A stretch of DNA of 64,000 nucleotides from Candidatus Yanofskybacteria bacterium RIFCSPLOWO2_02_FULL_44_18 (GCA_001794755.1 MGKT01000008.1:11491-75490); one strand, 5' to 3'; counted from the first letter of the stretch, positions 45,920 through 57,035 are shown. Notes: generated from the letters alone by a model not told the origin. Translations and numbers: made by a program.

Positions 45920-46384
45920 TTATTCCTCCAATGCTTTTGCTAAAGGTTTGACTGATAATTTCATGCTCGACTTAACTTCCGGCAGAATTTCTATTTCAAT
46001 AACATAATCCCCCGTTTTTTTGATGTGATTCGTGAGCTGAATCATATTCTCGGAAATTTCAATTTGAAACGCGGATTTGATGGCCTCGGCGATGTCTTTT
46101 TTCTCGATGCCGTCATATAATGTTCCCGTCTTACTCGCCCTACGGACGATTTCTATGCTTTTATCTTCTAATTGCGCGGCCACAGACTCGGCGTTCTTGC
46201 GTTCAATTTCTTGCATGCCGGCCAGTTTTTGCTTTAGCACCGATGCTTGCCGAAGACCGTCGGCAGTCGCTAATCGGGCCAATTTATTGGGTAACAGAAA
46301 ATTCCGGCCATAGCCATCAGCCACATTTTTAATGTCCCCCATCTGGCCGATATTTTTTATATTCTCAAGCAGTATGACTTTCAT
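45920..46384 (-). CDS. rplI: 50S ribosomal protein L9
   Basis: MKVILLENIKNIGQMGDIKNVADGYGRNFLLP... Confidence 0.85.
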   Translation of the reverse strand: MKVILLENIKNIGQMGDIKNVADGYGRNFLLPNKLARLATADGLRQASVLKQKLAGMQEIERKNAESVAAQLEDKSIEIVRRASKTGTLYDGIEKKDIAEAIKSAFQIEISENMIQLTNHIKKTGDYVIEIEILPEVKSSMKLSVKPLAKALEE

Positions 46385-46405
46385 GGAGAATAAATAATAT
46401 ATGAT

Positions 46406-47656
46406 TTATCGCAATATTTCAAGAGCCTTGTCTAACTGCGGATCTTTGCCCGGTTCGCCGATTGTGACGGTTTCTGGATCGGCGTCTTTAGGAATTACAA
46501 TTTTAATGTCAGGTTCAAGGCCGGTTTTTGATATGTTAACGCCGTTTGGCGTCAACCAGCGCGCGACGGTGACCTTCAGTGACGAATCGTCTGAATATTT
46601 TTGAAGCTCCTGCACCAGGCCCTTGCCGAAGGTTTTATCCCCCACCAATTTAATTCCCCGGTTATCATGCAAGGCTCCAGCCAGGATTTCTGAAGCTGAA
46701 GCTGATCCCCCGTTTACCAAAATGACTACCGGATACGATTTCAAAGCCGAACCGCCCATTGCCAGAAAATCATTCGTTTTTCCGTCTCCAAATTCCTCCT
46801 TTGTTACAAGCGCGTTGGAGTCAAGAAAATATCCGGCGATGTCAACCGCCGCATCCAAAAGGCCTCCGGGGTTGTTTCTTAAATCTAATACGATTGCGGA
46901 CGGGTTGTTCTTCAGAATGTCCTGGCTGTTCTTCCTAAATTCGGAAACTACGTTTTGGTTAAACATGTGTATCTGAAGATATGCGATTTTATTGTTATTG
47001 TTGTCGATATATTTCAAATTCGTGGCCGGGATGCGGATGTTTTCCCTTATGAGAGAAAACTCCAACATATCTTCCTTGCCGTTACGGATAATTCCGAGCG
47101 TAACCTTGGTTCCCGGCCGGCCGCGGATAAGTTTAACCGCTTCATCGATTGATAAATCTTGTGTGGATTTTCCGTCAATTTCGAGTATTTTGTCTCCTGC
47201 CAATATACCCGCCTTAAAGGCCGGTGTATCTCTAATAGGTGCGACGACCATTAAAACATCATTTCTTTTATCGATTTCGATGCCGACGCCGCCGAATGAA
47301 CCAGCTATCTCGGATTCAAATTTTTTGCTTGATTCAGGCTCAAGAAATACCGTGTACGGATCCCCCACGCTGTCAACCATGCCCTTTATTGCGCCGTATA
47401 CCATTGTTTTGGGATCAAGCTGGGCAGGCTCCACATATTTTTTTTGAAGGTCATCCCAGACTTTCCAGAATAGTGAAAAATCAACGTCTTCGACGGTTTG
47501 GGAATCCTTATTTACCAATCTGTAAACGGGATTGCCGCCGTCAAAAGCTGCGCTGACTAAAAAGCCGCCCAAAAAAGCGATTGCAATTACGGCGATTAAA
47601 ACGCGTTTAGAAAACGACTTGCGTTCCGGAGTATTTTCGGAAGTATTTAATTCCAT
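46406..47656 (-). CDS. Carboxyl-terminal processing protease (S41 family, PDZ domain)
   Basis: N-terminal TM, PDZ domain, and a GGLLDAAVDIAGYFL S41 core. Confidence 0.8.
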   Translation of the reverse strand: MELNTSENTPERKSFSKRVLIAVIAIAFLGGFLVSAAFDGGNPVYRLVNKDSQTVEDVDFSLFWKVWDDLQKKYVEPAQLDPKTMVYGAIKGMVDSVGDPYTVFLEPESSKKFESEIAGSFGGVGIEIDKRNDVLMVVAPIRDTPAFKAGILAGDKILEIDGKSTQDLSIDEAVKLIRGRPGTKVTLGIIRNGKEDMLEFSLIRENIRIPATNLKYIDNNNNKIAYLQIHMFNQNVVSEFRKNSQDILKNNPSAIVLDLRNNPGGLLDAAVDIAGYFLDSNALVTKEEFGDGKTNDFLAMGGSALKSYPVVILVNGGSASASEILAGALHDNRGIKLVGDKTFGKGLVQELQKYSDDSSLKVTVARWLTPNGVNISKTGLEPDIKIVIPKDADPETVTIGEPGKDPQLDKALEILR

Positions 47657-48404
47657 CTCTTATATGCCATCTGGTTTGCTTGTTAAAAATCGGGCCCAGG
47701 AGGCCGAACCTTCTTGAACCCGGTTTTTGATAATGATACATGGAAACCAAAGGATAATACACGACTTCAAATCCATTTTCCCAAAACATTTGAGCCCAGT
47801 CAACATCGTTAAAATAGTGGAAGAATGATTCATCCATCGGCCCGACTTTTTCGTAGGCTTCCCGGGATATTAAAATCGCCGATCCCATAAGCCAGTCCAC
47901 GGGTTGAGTTTGCTTCAAATCCGCGTCGGCGTATCTGAATCTGCTAAGCTCCCTCTTCATGAATGGCAGTTTAAACGGCAGGCGCCGATAAATAATTGTC
48001 CAAGGAGAATAGAAGCGAAAACATGAATCCTGGTGCGTACCGTCGAAGTTCAGGAGTTCCGGCCCGAGCATGCCTATTTGGGGTCTGTTGTTCATGTAAT
48101 GGGACATTTTCTCGATTGATCCAGCCAGAGGTGCGATGTCAACATTCAGAATCAGCAGCTGGTCCCCTATCGCCTCCTTCAGCCCGATGTTGTTGGCTCG
48201 TGTATAACCGAGATTTTCTTTCAGCGGGATTAATTTAACTGACGGAAATTCTTCAGTGATTACGGATCTGGTTTCATATTCAGAGGCATTATCAACGGCG
48301 ATAATCTCGTATTTAAAATCTCTCGATATGCTCGCCGTGACCGATTTCAGACAGAGCCGTAAAAGCGGCGGATTTTTGTAGTTCAGGATAATAATAGAAA
48401 GCAT
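47607..48404 (-). CDS. Glycosyltransferase family 2
   Basis: MLSIIILNYKNPPLL...IAVDNAS GT2 N-terminus and a DxD region. Confidence 0.7.
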   Translation of the reverse strand: MLSIIILNYKNPPLLRLCLKSVTASISRDFKYEIIAVDNASEYETRSVITEEFPSVKLIPLKENLGYTRANNIGLKEAIGDQLLILNVDIAPLAGSIEKMSHYMNNRPQIGMLGPELLNFDGTHQDSCFRFYSPWTIIYRRLPFKLPFMKRELSRFRYADADLKQTQPVDWLMGSAILISREAYEKVGPMDESFFHYFNDVDWAQMFWENGFEVVYYPLVSMYHYQKPGSRRFGLLGPIFNKQTRWHIRDGIKYFRKYSGTQVVF

Positions 48405-48420
48405 TGATATATGTTAAAAC

Positions 48421-48519
48421 GCGGAATGGTATCAGAGGGACCACGAGGAGTGGCCTGACGACGAGTCCGAGCAAAAAAGTCAGCAGACTTTTTATGCGCG
48501 CCCGATGAGGCCATTCCGC
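48421..48519 (-). repeat. Conserved ~100-nt palindromic element, copy B (16 nt upstream of the GT2 start, same orientation relative to transcription as copy A)
   Basis: Matches the reverse complement of copy A over ~77 nt with 3 mismatches. Closing arms GCGGAATGG / CCATTCCGC differ from copy A but remain complementary. Confidence 0.6.
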
Positions 48520-48523
48520 GTGA

Positions 48524-49531
48524 TTACTCTACAATTTCCTTAAACATTTTTCTTATATCGCCATAGTCGTCGCCCTTAGGCAATAAAATATAGACCTTAT
48601 TCTCAATGCTCTGATAAAGCAGATTTTCAGTGGACATTACAAATTGAGCGGGCTGGGAATTATTTACCTGCTTGGCTAAATTAATTATCGTTTTTGAGTC
48701 AAATATATTTAAATCAGTGGTAATGTTCTTTCTTATGGAGTTTATTATCTCCAGCGTCTTAATCGGATCGGATATGTAATTCAGCTTCATGACCTTGTCT
48801 TTAATGGCCATGATGACCTGCTGCTGGCGGCGGGAGCGGTCAAAGTCGTTCGTCGAGTAGCGGGAGCGGACGTAGTAAAGGGCGGTCTCGCCATTAAGAT
48901 GATTTTCGCCGGCCGGGATATAGAAACTATTTCCCCATTGATCATTTTCCTCAAAGGGCTTTTCAAGATGGATATCAATGCCGCCTAAGTCGTCGATGAT
49001 GGTTTTGAATGAGGAAAAATCAAAAACAACAACGTTGTCAATGTGAACGCCTGTCAGGTTTGAGAAAATTCTCCTACTGTATCCAAGCCCGTCTTTTTTG
49101 GCCAGCCCCTTTTCGTAACCGGTATTGGCTTTATCCATCTTTCCGCCGATATTAATGTACAGATCCCTGGGGATGGAAACGATGGCTGACTTGTTTGTCT
49201 GTTTGTTATGACTGAAAAGAAGAATAGTATCGGTCAAAAGACCGCCCTGTTCCGCATCGGGATCATCCAGTCCTCTCATGCCTAAAACCAAAATATCCGT
49301 CCTGTTTTCTTCCGGAGTTGGCGTCGGTTCTTCTTGAGCTTGACTAAACGTAAGTATCGTCGCTACCCGATTCCAGAACCCGTTCTCCTTGGCCGTGTTT
49401 ACTTCGATTGTATTGTAAGCCAGGCCCAATTTAACGGCTCCCCAGCCCAAAAGGATAAAGAGAAACAATAATCCCAAAAGAGCCAATTTTCTTTTGGATT
49501 TTTTTTCTTGTAATGTGTTTAATTCATCCAC
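48524..49531 (-). CDS. LytR-CpsA-Psr (LCP) family protein
   Basis: N-terminal TM and an LCP core ILVLGMRGLDD...TDTILL...SIPRDLY...GETALYYVRSR. Confidence 0.8.
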   Translation of the reverse strand: MDELNTLQEKKSKRKLALLGLLFLFILLGWGAVKLGLAYNTIEVNTAKENGFWNRVATILTFSQAQEEPTPTPEENRTDILVLGMRGLDDPDAEQGGLLTDTILLFSHNKQTNKSAIVSIPRDLYINIGGKMDKANTGYEKGLAKKDGLGYSRRIFSNLTGVHIDNVVVFDFSSFKTIIDDLGGIDIHLEKPFEENDQWGNSFYIPAGENHLNGETALYYVRSRYSTNDFDRSRRQQQVIMAIKDKVMKLNYISDPIKTLEIINSIRKNITTDLNIFDSKTIINLAKQVNNSQPAQFVMSTENLLYQSIENKVYILLPKGDDYGDIRKMFKEIVE

Positions 49532-50550
49532 TTTCTCATTTCACGAGAAGTTCTTCTGGCTCGCCTCATAACTTCCTTCCTTGTTTTTAATATCGTCGGC
49601 AATCCTGATATGAAGCCCGGAATGGCCATTAGCACTTTCGGTTCAAATAAAACGGCGTATCCCAATACCTGGATTTCTCTCAATAGTATCCTCGGCAGGT
49701 CTTTTAAGATATTGATTATATAATCATTTTTAATGATTGTCCATCTGACATTCCGCCAATCCAACCGCCTCTTTTCAATGTCAATCCGGCTTCTTTCTGA
49801 CCGTCTTGAGAAATACTGAAGCCATTTTTTGGCGTATCCTTTTGTCGTCGACCGGTCATGATAGGCAATTACGTTAGGGGCGTAGATTTGCTTCCAGCCG
49901 AACATGTTCATGCGCCAGGCTAAATCTAAATCATCGCCGTATCCCAACGGCCCCACCCTATATATTGGATCTATGAAGTGTCCGTTAATTTTGCAATCTT
50001 CAAGTGTTTTCTTTCTGAATATCGGTACAGCCCCCTCGACGCCGAAAATTTCTTTAACTTCTCCAAATTGGCCATTATTAACTTCACCTTGGCCGTCATT
50101 TATGATTTTTCTCGAGTGAAATATTTTAAACCCGACGCAGTCAATGACATTTGTTTTTTCCGGCTCATTATTTGAATATAAATTCATCTGATAGATTTTT
50201 GCCTGAACGGCCCCGATTTTATCATCGTACTCCATAATGCTTACCGCGTTTTCGATGAAATACGGATCGAGGATGACGTCCGTAAGGGCGACGATATATT
50301 TGCCGTTTGAAATATCAAATAATTTTTCTTGGGCCGCCCAGATGCCGATGTTTTCACCGCTTCGCGTCAATTTATATTCAGGAAATTCGGTTGTCACGAT
50401 TTCGACAGTTTCGTCATTAGAATTATTGTCAAAAACATTAATCTCCATATTTCCGTATGTTTGGCTTTTGACCGAATTCAAAGTGTGGCGGATAAATTTA
50501 GCGCCGTTTCGGACAGCCAGGTTAATTGTTACCGGAGGATTGTGGGACAT
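49519..50550 (-). CDS. Glycosyltransferase family 2
   Basis: GT2 N-terminal fold with VFDNNSNDETVEIV. Confidence 0.7.
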   Translation of the reverse strand: MSHNPPVTINLAVRNGAKFIRHTLNSVKSQTYGNMEINVFDNNSNDETVEIVTTEFPEYKLTRSGENIGIWAAQEKLFDISNGKYIVALTDVILDPYFIENAVSIMEYDDKIGAVQAKIYQMNLYSNNEPEKTNVIDCVGFKIFHSRKIINDGQGEVNNGQFGEVKEIFGVEGAVPIFRKKTLEDCKINGHFIDPIYRVGPLGYGDDLDLAWRMNMFGWKQIYAPNVIAYHDRSTTKGYAKKWLQYFSRRSERSRIDIEKRRLDWRNVRWTIIKNDYIINILKDLPRILLREIQVLGYAVLFEPKVLMAIPGFISGLPTILKTRKEVMRRARRTSREMRKWMN

Positions 50551-52072
50551 GATATTTTTTTATTAATATACCTGCCGTTATTGCAAGCATTAAAAACGCC
50601 CTCTCATCGAACACGGCGACATCAGTCAAAAGATAAAGCAAAACCCAGGGAAAATATAATAGCGACGCGCCATAAAATACAATCAAAAAAGGATCATCCG
50701 ATGACGCGTATTTCTTGAATGCGTTGAATAATATTTTTAGCATAAGCCAAATCGCCAATATCAAGGCTGGTATTCCCATCTCGGCGGCGACATGAAGATA
50801 TAAATTATGCGCCGATGATCCGGCCTTGGCTAACTTGAGATCCTGGCTCAAGACTATCGGATAATTTCCGATGCCGATTCCCAATATCGGATGCTTGATT
50901 ATGGAATCCGTCGTTTTTTTCCATATTTCAATTCTTTGGGCGTTTGACGTCTCGCCGAAATCAATAATTGATCGCACGCGTTTTTGAAGCAGCAGATTAT
51001 CTCCCTTTGAAACAAGAAACTGGGGCGAAGCGAATATGGGAAAAGCGACGAAAAAAAGAAGGAAAAATATGGATATGTACGACGCGAGGTACATGAATAT
51101 TTTTCTGCGGCTGTCTTTAAGAAAATATATGACAATCAAACCAAAAAGAATAACCCCGATACTGCCCGCCCATATCCCCCGGGTGCCGCTTAAGATTAGC
51201 ATTAGATAGACAAGGGGCGCCCATAATATATGCAAGCCAGATCGAGTTTGGAATAAGTTCTTAATTTTTCTCCCCGGTTCCGCGATGTATCGGGCAATTT
51301 TATTTTTGAGAGATATGGCGAATATTGCCGGCAAGCCCAGAAGCATGAATATGGGGTAGGAATGGGAATCGGGGAAAAGAGAAAACGTTCTAAGCGACAA
51401 CTGCTCGCCGAAGTACGCAAACCATGTATTCCCGACATTGACCGCGATATCACACCACTGATTGCCGAATTGATTGCATTGTACATTTTCGCCCCATATT
51501 CTCATGAACTGGTATATGTCCATAAAATATGTGGAAACAACTTGGCCCAGGCCGACAATCGCCACGATTATTGTCGGAACGGCGGTGTTTTTTATGAGAT
51601 TCCTTAAAATTCCAGTATTCCGATTCGCCAGATCATAGGCCACGATGCCGATTAAGCTAAGATTTAAAAAATAGATGACCCTTTTTACCGCCATTATTTT
51701 GTCGCCGGCCGGCAATATCGAGAGCAGAGCCATAATCAGGAGGCCGGCTAAAATTTTTGTTTCCGCCGACAATCTGGGGGTAATTGATAAAAAAGTCCGG
51801 ATGGAGTATTTTTGAAACCACCATTTTAAAAAAATGGCGATTGACATAACGCGCCAAGTGTTAAAATTATCGAACGAGGACGTCAGGGGCAACGCCAGAA
51901 AGAACGGTATGGAACGAAGAAAAAGAATTGTGGAATTTTCAACTGACGCAAACAGGGCGTAAATAATTAAAACTAAAGCCAAAACATTGGCAAAAGACCT
52001 AGGGATAAGCCCCGAGACGATGAGAAAGAATAAGATTAGCTCAAAAATAAAAATGATATTCAGCTTTTTCAT
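50522..52072 (-). CDS. O-antigen ligase/polymerase-like polytopic membrane protein
   Basis: More than 10 TM segments with a large periplasmic loop (Wzy_C-like), in glycosyltransferase cluster context. Confidence 0.5.
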   Translation of the reverse strand: MKKLNIIFIFELILFFLIVSGLIPRSFANVLALVLIIYALFASVENSTILFLRSIPFFLALPLTSSFDNFNTWRVMSIAIFLKWWFQKYSIRTFLSITPRLSAETKILAGLLIMALLSILPAGDKIMAVKRVIYFLNLSLIGIVAYDLANRNTGILRNLIKNTAVPTIIVAIVGLGQVVSTYFMDIYQFMRIWGENVQCNQFGNQWCDIAVNVGNTWFAYFGEQLSLRTFSLFPDSHSYPIFMLLGLPAIFAISLKNKIARYIAEPGRKIKNLFQTRSGLHILWAPLVYLMLILSGTRGIWAGSIGVILFGLIVIYFLKDSRRKIFMYLASYISIFFLLFFVAFPIFASPQFLVSKGDNLLLQKRVRSIIDFGETSNAQRIEIWKKTTDSIIKHPILGIGIGNYPIVLSQDLKLAKAGSSAHNLYLHVAAEMGIPALILAIWLMLKILFNAFKKYASSDDPFLIVFYGASLLYFPWVLLYLLTDVAVFDERAFLMLAITAGILIKKYHVPQSSGNN

Positions 52073-53196
52073 TTGACCATGCTTCTTATAATATTCAGCC
52101 AGTTGTCAGCGAACCTTTTCCATGAATATCGGCCGGCGAATTGAGGTCCGTCGGTTTTTATTTTTTCCCGTCGGCTACTGTCAGTCAACGATTGAACGAT
52201 AGCACCTGCTATGCCATCAACCGTGTTATTGGCTGCATAAAACGCGTAATCCTCAAAAAGCTCATGGCCAAGTTCGTTGTCGGCGACAACGGGCGCCACG
52301 CCGAATGACAAGGCTTCCATCGGCGGCAAACCGAACGCTTCACGGTCGGAAACGTATATCAGTGAAGAGGCGCCGACATACAACTTCAGCAGCTCGCCGT
52401 CGGATACGTAGTTGGCATGGCTGATTGCTTCGCAGCCTATTCTTGAATTAACGTCCTTCGCGAGTTGAGCTATTGTTTTAGCGTCATATTTATCGGGTCC
52501 GACGGCGATTAATTTTAAATCCGGAAACTGGCCGTGTATTTTTTCAAATGCCAGCATTGTTTCTTTCAGATGCCGTCTAGGAAAAGCCTGGCCGACGTAC
52601 AAAATATATTTTTCAGTGGGCTGTACAAAATTGATATTTTCGCGGACATCAATCCCGAGATGATTAACCGATATTCGTTTCTCGTCTATTTTAAACAGCT
52701 TGGAAACGTTTCTTTTCGATGTTTCAGATATGACCATGATTTTTTTCGCGAAAACAGCCGCCCATCGGGAAAATATCGCGTATGACAATCTATACCGAAA
52801 TGGAAGATTTCCCTCAAACGTTTCGTAATATACATCCTCGGTCAATACAACCAGAGAATTTTCTAATGATATTACGGGAAGCATGTACTTGGGCCAGTAC
52901 ATGGCATCCAGTTTTTCGAACCACAGTCTGACAGGTAAAAGTGCGAAATAATATATCGGGAAAAGTCGGTGTGGAAAAAACGGAACCGGAGTCGTTTTCT
53001 TTTCGAAGACGGGCGAGTTCAAGTACGGCAGATCCGGTATTGAATCCTTGAAGTACAAAATGAATTTGAATTGATCCTCCAGCTCCTTTTTCTTTGAAAT
53101 TTCCTCAAGCAATCTGGACAGCATTTTCCCGACCCCCCAGGAGGGATTCTTAGACTCGATTTCCTCGCATTCGATTCCGATTCTATATTTTGCCAT
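52069..53196 (-). CDS. Glycosyltransferase family 1/4
   Basis: C-terminal EAFGLPPMEALSFGVAPVV, a GT4 E-x7-E-like motif. Confidence 0.7.
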   Translation of the reverse strand: MAKYRIGIECEEIESKNPSWGVGKMLSRLLEEISKKKELEDQFKFILYFKDSIPDLPYLNSPVFEKKTTPVPFFPHRLFPIYYFALLPVRLWFEKLDAMYWPKYMLPVISLENSLVVLTEDVYYETFEGNLPFRYRLSYAIFSRWAAVFAKKIMVISETSKRNVSKLFKIDEKRISVNHLGIDVRENINFVQPTEKYILYVGQAFPRRHLKETMLAFEKIHGQFPDLKLIAVGPDKYDAKTIAQLAKDVNSRIGCEAISHANYVSDGELLKLYVGASSLIYVSDREAFGLPPMEALSFGVAPVVADNELGHELFEDYAFYAANNTVDGIAGAIVQSLTDSSRREKIKTDGPQFAGRYSWKRFADNWLNIIRSMVK

Positions 53197-54067
53197 AGCG
53201 CTGGTAATAAAAATCCAATACCCCTTTGATTATTGCTTTTGATTCTTCGACATGATAATTAAAAACAATTTTTATCGCCTGCTTCGTTAATATCAGCCAG
53301 CTCCACGGCAAAAGCATGAATTGAACCCAAACCGGCCCGTGCTTCATATTGAAATATAAGGCATTGCGATAATGGAGCCTTAATAAAGTCGGCGAACCAA
53401 GCTTCGCAGCCGATGAGGATTGGGCGTGTTTCACAATCGGGAGACGCAGGTATTCAATCGGCACGTTGGCCTTCCAGGCTCTGAATGAAAAGTCAGCGTC
53501 CTCAAAATAGAGAAAATAATTTTCATCAAAAACCCCTATCTTTCTAAACACGTCTTTCGATACGGCCATTCCCCCGCCGATTGCGTATTTAAAATTTACT
53601 TTTGTAGTCTTTTCGCCTTTGACGTACCCATGGCCGTGAGTCAGTGTCGGCTTAAGCCATTGCAAGCACCCGCCGAATGATATGTGCCCGTCCCCTTCAT
53701 CCAGCGGCAGGCCGATGATGCCCTCCTTGTGCTCTAATTCCGGCTTCAGGCGTTCGATAAAATCACTTTCGACCCAGGTATCATTATTGAGCAATACCAC
53801 CCAGTCAGCGCCGGCTTTCAGGGCTTTGTTGATTCCGTAATTTGATCCGCCCGCGAATCCCGAATTGACCGCGTTTTTGAATAAAAAAACATCTGGCGAA
53901 TTATTAAGAATCCAGTTTTCCAACCGGGCATAATCGTATTTATCGGAATTATTATCAACGACAATCATCTGGAAATCCTTTACGGATTGATTTTTTAAAC
54001 TATCGAGCAGTATGATTGTTTTTTCCGCGCCGTTGAAATTTATTGTGGCGATTGATATTCTATCCAT
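53183..54067 (-). CDS. Glycosyltransferase family 2
   Basis: ISIATINFNGAEKTIILLDSLKNQ...MIVVDNNS. Confidence 0.7.
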   Translation of the reverse strand: MDRISIATINFNGAEKTIILLDSLKNQSVKDFQMIVVDNNSDKYDYARLENWILNNSPDVFLFKNAVNSGFAGGSNYGINKALKAGADWVVLLNNDTWVESDFIERLKPELEHKEGIIGLPLDEGDGHISFGGCLQWLKPTLTHGHGYVKGEKTTKVNFKYAIGGGMAVSKDVFRKIGVFDENYFLYFEDADFSFRAWKANVPIEYLRLPIVKHAQSSSAAKLGSPTLLRLHYRNALYFNMKHGPVWVQFMLLPWSWLILTKQAIKIVFNYHVEESKAIIKGVLDFYYQRYGKI

Positions 54068-55118
54068 TTATTAATTCCAGTATATCATTTCTGAATTTTT
54101 CTCTTGAAAATATTTTGACTGATTTTTTGATTTTCTCCGGATTATAATTCGGATAATTCGCGTCTAACCGGCGTATTCCATCAACAAGGCACTCCGTAAT
54201 GGGGTCATCAAAAAATTCGCCGTTGACGCCCTTCTCTATGATTTCCAAAGCGCCGCCTTTTTTTAAGGCCAAGACCGGCTTTCCAAAACTCATGGCCTCG
54301 ACGGGGGTCAGTCCGAAATCTTCTTCCTGGGGCATTACAAAAGCCCGGCATGATGCATAATATTCGGCTATTTTATCATCACTCAAATGGCCCGTAAACT
54401 TAATGTTGGATTTTGCTATACGACTTAATTTCATCCGATTCGGTCCATCGCCGACAATTACCAGCGGCTTTTTTATTTTGTTAAAAGCATCAATGGCAAT
54501 TGATATGTTCTTGTAATCATAAAGGCGAGAAACGATTAAATAGAAGTCGCCCTGCGAAATCGGAGCATTAGATTTTAATGTTAATGGCGGATATATTACC
54601 TTGGCTTCCCGGCCGTAATATTTGGCGATTCTATTCTTAACATTTTTGGATATAGCAGCGAATTCATCAACTCTGCCAGCCGCCTGTTTGTCCCAGATTC
54701 TCAAAAAGTGCGTTATTAATCGGCCGGCAAGGAACCTTGAATAATTATTATGCATATCCCAAAGCTGGCGGCTGGGACTGTAGCAATAGCATATATGCCT
54801 GGTCCCGGGGCTTACAATAACTCCTTTTGAGAAGACGGCCGATGAGGATATGACTGTGTCATATCCGGAAAAATCGAACGACTCAACCGCCGAAGGCATT
54901 AAAGGAACGTATGTTTTTTGCAGCGGGGAGCATATTAGCGGGAATTTTTGTAGAAAGCTCGCTCTGACATCGGCGTCCGGAAAATGCTTCTTTAAAAAAT
55001 CCGGATTGTAAAAAAGCGTGAAAATCGGAGCGTTAGGAAACATGTCATGCAGTTCCATCAAAACTCTTTCAGAGCCGCTGAGTCTGTATATCCAGTCATG
55101 GACAATGGCAATCTTCAT
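54060..55118 (-). CDS. Glycosyltransferase family 1/4
   Basis: EDFGLTPVEAMSFGKPVLA motif. Confidence 0.75.
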   Translation of the reverse strand: MKIAIVHDWIYRLSGSERVLMELHDMFPNAPIFTLFYNPDFLKKHFPDADVRASFLQKFPLICSPLQKTYVPLMPSAVESFDFSGYDTVISSSAVFSKGVIVSPGTRHICYCYSPSRQLWDMHNNYSRFLAGRLITHFLRIWDKQAAGRVDEFAAISKNVKNRIAKYYGREAKVIYPPLTLKSNAPISQGDFYLIVSRLYDYKNISIAIDAFNKIKKPLVIVGDGPNRMKLSRIAKSNIKFTGHLSDDKIAEYYASCRAFVMPQEEDFGLTPVEAMSFGKPVLALKKGGALEIIEKGVNGEFFDDPITECLVDGIRRLDANYPNYNPEKIKKSVKIFSREKFRNDILELING

Positions 55119-56116
55119 CTTTTGGCAACCACGTTTTTCTTATACGCTTCCAGATTATCCAAAACAATTCCAGTTCCTCGGGCCACGCAGAAAAGCGGGT
55201 CGTCGGCGATTGCGGCCGGAACGCCGGTTATTTTTGTAATAAGCGCGTCAATATTTTTTAATAATGCGCCTCCGCCGGATATTATAATTCCCCTGTCCAT
55301 TATGTCCGCGCAAAGTTCCGGCGGCGTGACTTCCAGCACATTTTTTATAATCTGGACTATCTCTCTCAATTGTTCGCCCATTGCCTCGGTTATTTCATTT
55401 GATGAAATTTCTATGGTCTTGGGATAGCCGGAGGATAAATCTCGTCCCTTGATATTTATTTTTTCTTCGTTGGCCTGTTTAACGGCGCTGCCGATTGATA
55501 TTTTTATCAATTCCGCCGTTCTCTCGCCTATGGCCAGGCCATGTTTGTGTTTTATGTAATCAACAATGGAGGCATCAAGCTTATTCCCACCAACCCGTAT
55601 TGACGCGCAGCTGACTATGCCGCCCAGAGAAATAACGGCCAATTCGGTGGTTCCGCCGCCGATATTCAAAATCATATTTCCGGTAGGATTATTTATCGGA
55701 ATCTTCGCTCCGATTGCCGCCAGCACGGGCTCCTTTACTAGATAAACAGCTTTAGCTCCGGCGTTTAATGTTGATTCGATTACTGCTCTTTTTTCCGTTG
55801 ACGTAATGCCCGCCGGAACTGAAATTAAAACCTCCGGTTTTATAAAGCTTAAAAAACCGCCGGCTTTACGGATGAAATAGCGGAGCATGGCTCCGGTTAC
55901 CTTGAAATCAGCAATAGCGCCGTTGACCAGCGGTTTTGACACGACAATGCTGTCGGGAGTCCGGCCGATCATTTCTTTGGCCAGATTCCCCACGGCCAGA
56001 ACTTTATTGTCTATTACGGAAATTGCAACGACAGAGGGCTCGTTTATCACGATTCCTTTTTTAGGCATAAAAACAACGGTGTTTGTAGTTCCCAGATCGA
56101 TACCTATCTTTTTCAT
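55115..56116 (-). CDS. mreB: Rod shape-determining protein MreB
   Basis: [15 protein letters not shown]... and an actin-like ATPase fold throughout. Confidence 0.85.
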   Translation of the reverse strand: MKKIGIDLGTTNTVVFMPKKGIVINEPSVVAISVIDNKVLAVGNLAKEMIGRTPDSIVVSKPLVNGAIADFKVTGAMLRYFIRKAGGFLSFIKPEVLISVPAGITSTEKRAVIESTLNAGAKAVYLVKEPVLAAIGAKIPINNPTGNMILNIGGGTTELAVISLGGIVSCASIRVGGNKLDASIVDYIKHKHGLAIGERTAELIKISIGSAVKQANEEKINIKGRDLSSGYPKTIEISSNEITEAMGEQLREIVQIIKNVLEVTPPELCADIMDRGIIISGGGALLKNIDALITKITGVPAAIADDPLFCVARGTGIVLDNLEAYKKNVVAKR

Positions 56117-56201
56117 GGCGCAATGATTATAGCCCCTGTTTCAGCGACTGGCAATCGATTTGACGAAAGCGATGAAATATGTGAAAATATAAAATCATTA
56201 T

Positions 56202-57035
56202 ATGACCAGACTTACCCGACGGATTATTTTTTATATTGCCATTTTCTTGTTTTTAAGCGTTGGATATGTCGCCGTCTTGTATGCTCAGGGATATAAGTAT
56301 GACTTTGAAGAGGGTGAATTTTTAAAAACAGGGGCTTTTTATCTGAAATCAAACACCAGCGCCGAAGTTTACGTTGACGGAGAATTTGCCGGCAAGACCT
56401 CGTTTTTGACTAGTTCATTCAGTCAGGACAGGTTATTGCCGGGCCAATACACGGTGCAGGTCAAAAAGGATGGATACTCAACGTGGCAAAAAAATATCGG
56501 TGTTGACGAAGGCATGGTAACTGACTTTCCAAGGGTGATGATACTTCCGATTGATGGTGAAGATGCCAATGATCTCATTGTCGAAATTGAAACTCTGTTT
56601 TTGCCTCTGGTGACGCCTATCCCATCACCAATCAAAAAGTCGCCACAGCCTACGCCGATGATTATTAAATCCGGTGACTATCAGATGCTGAATAAGACAC
56701 TGATTGATGCTCGAATTGAGGATCAGCCCAAGATATTAGCCACTAATGTCCTTGGTTTTTCCCTATCGGAAGATAAAAGCAAAATAGTTTGGTGGGATGA
56801 TAGACAAGTTTGGCTGATGCATTTAAAAGATCAGGACTATCAGCCTTATATGAAGACCGGCGAAAGAGATTTGGTACTTCGCCTGAACAAAACAATCAAA
56901 AACGCTGCCTGGTTTAGAGACAGCGATCATGTAGTTCTTGATATGGGTAGCGTTGCCAGCGGCTCAACCGTTAAGCATGAGTATCAGATTGTGGAAATCG
57001 ACAGAAGAGGCGGCCAGAATGTTATAAAAATATAA
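56202..57035 (+). CDS. PEGA domain-containing membrane protein
   Basis: N-terminal TM, then AEVYVDGEFAGKT...LLPGQYTVQVKKDGY, a PEGA signature. Confidence 0.6.
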   Translation: MTRLTRRIIFYIAIFLFLSVGYVAVLYAQGYKYDFEEGEFLKTGAFYLKSNTSAEVYVDGEFAGKTSFLTSSFSQDRLLPGQYTVQVKKDGYSTWQKNIGVDEGMVTDFPRVMILPIDGEDANDLIVEIETLFLPLVTPIPSPIKKSPQPTPMIIKSGDYQMLNKTLIDARIEDQPKILATNVLGFSLSEDKSKIVWWDDRQVWLMHLKDQDYQPYMKTGERDLVLRLNKTIKNAAWFRDSDHVVLDMGSVASGSTVKHEYQIVEIDRRGGQNVIKI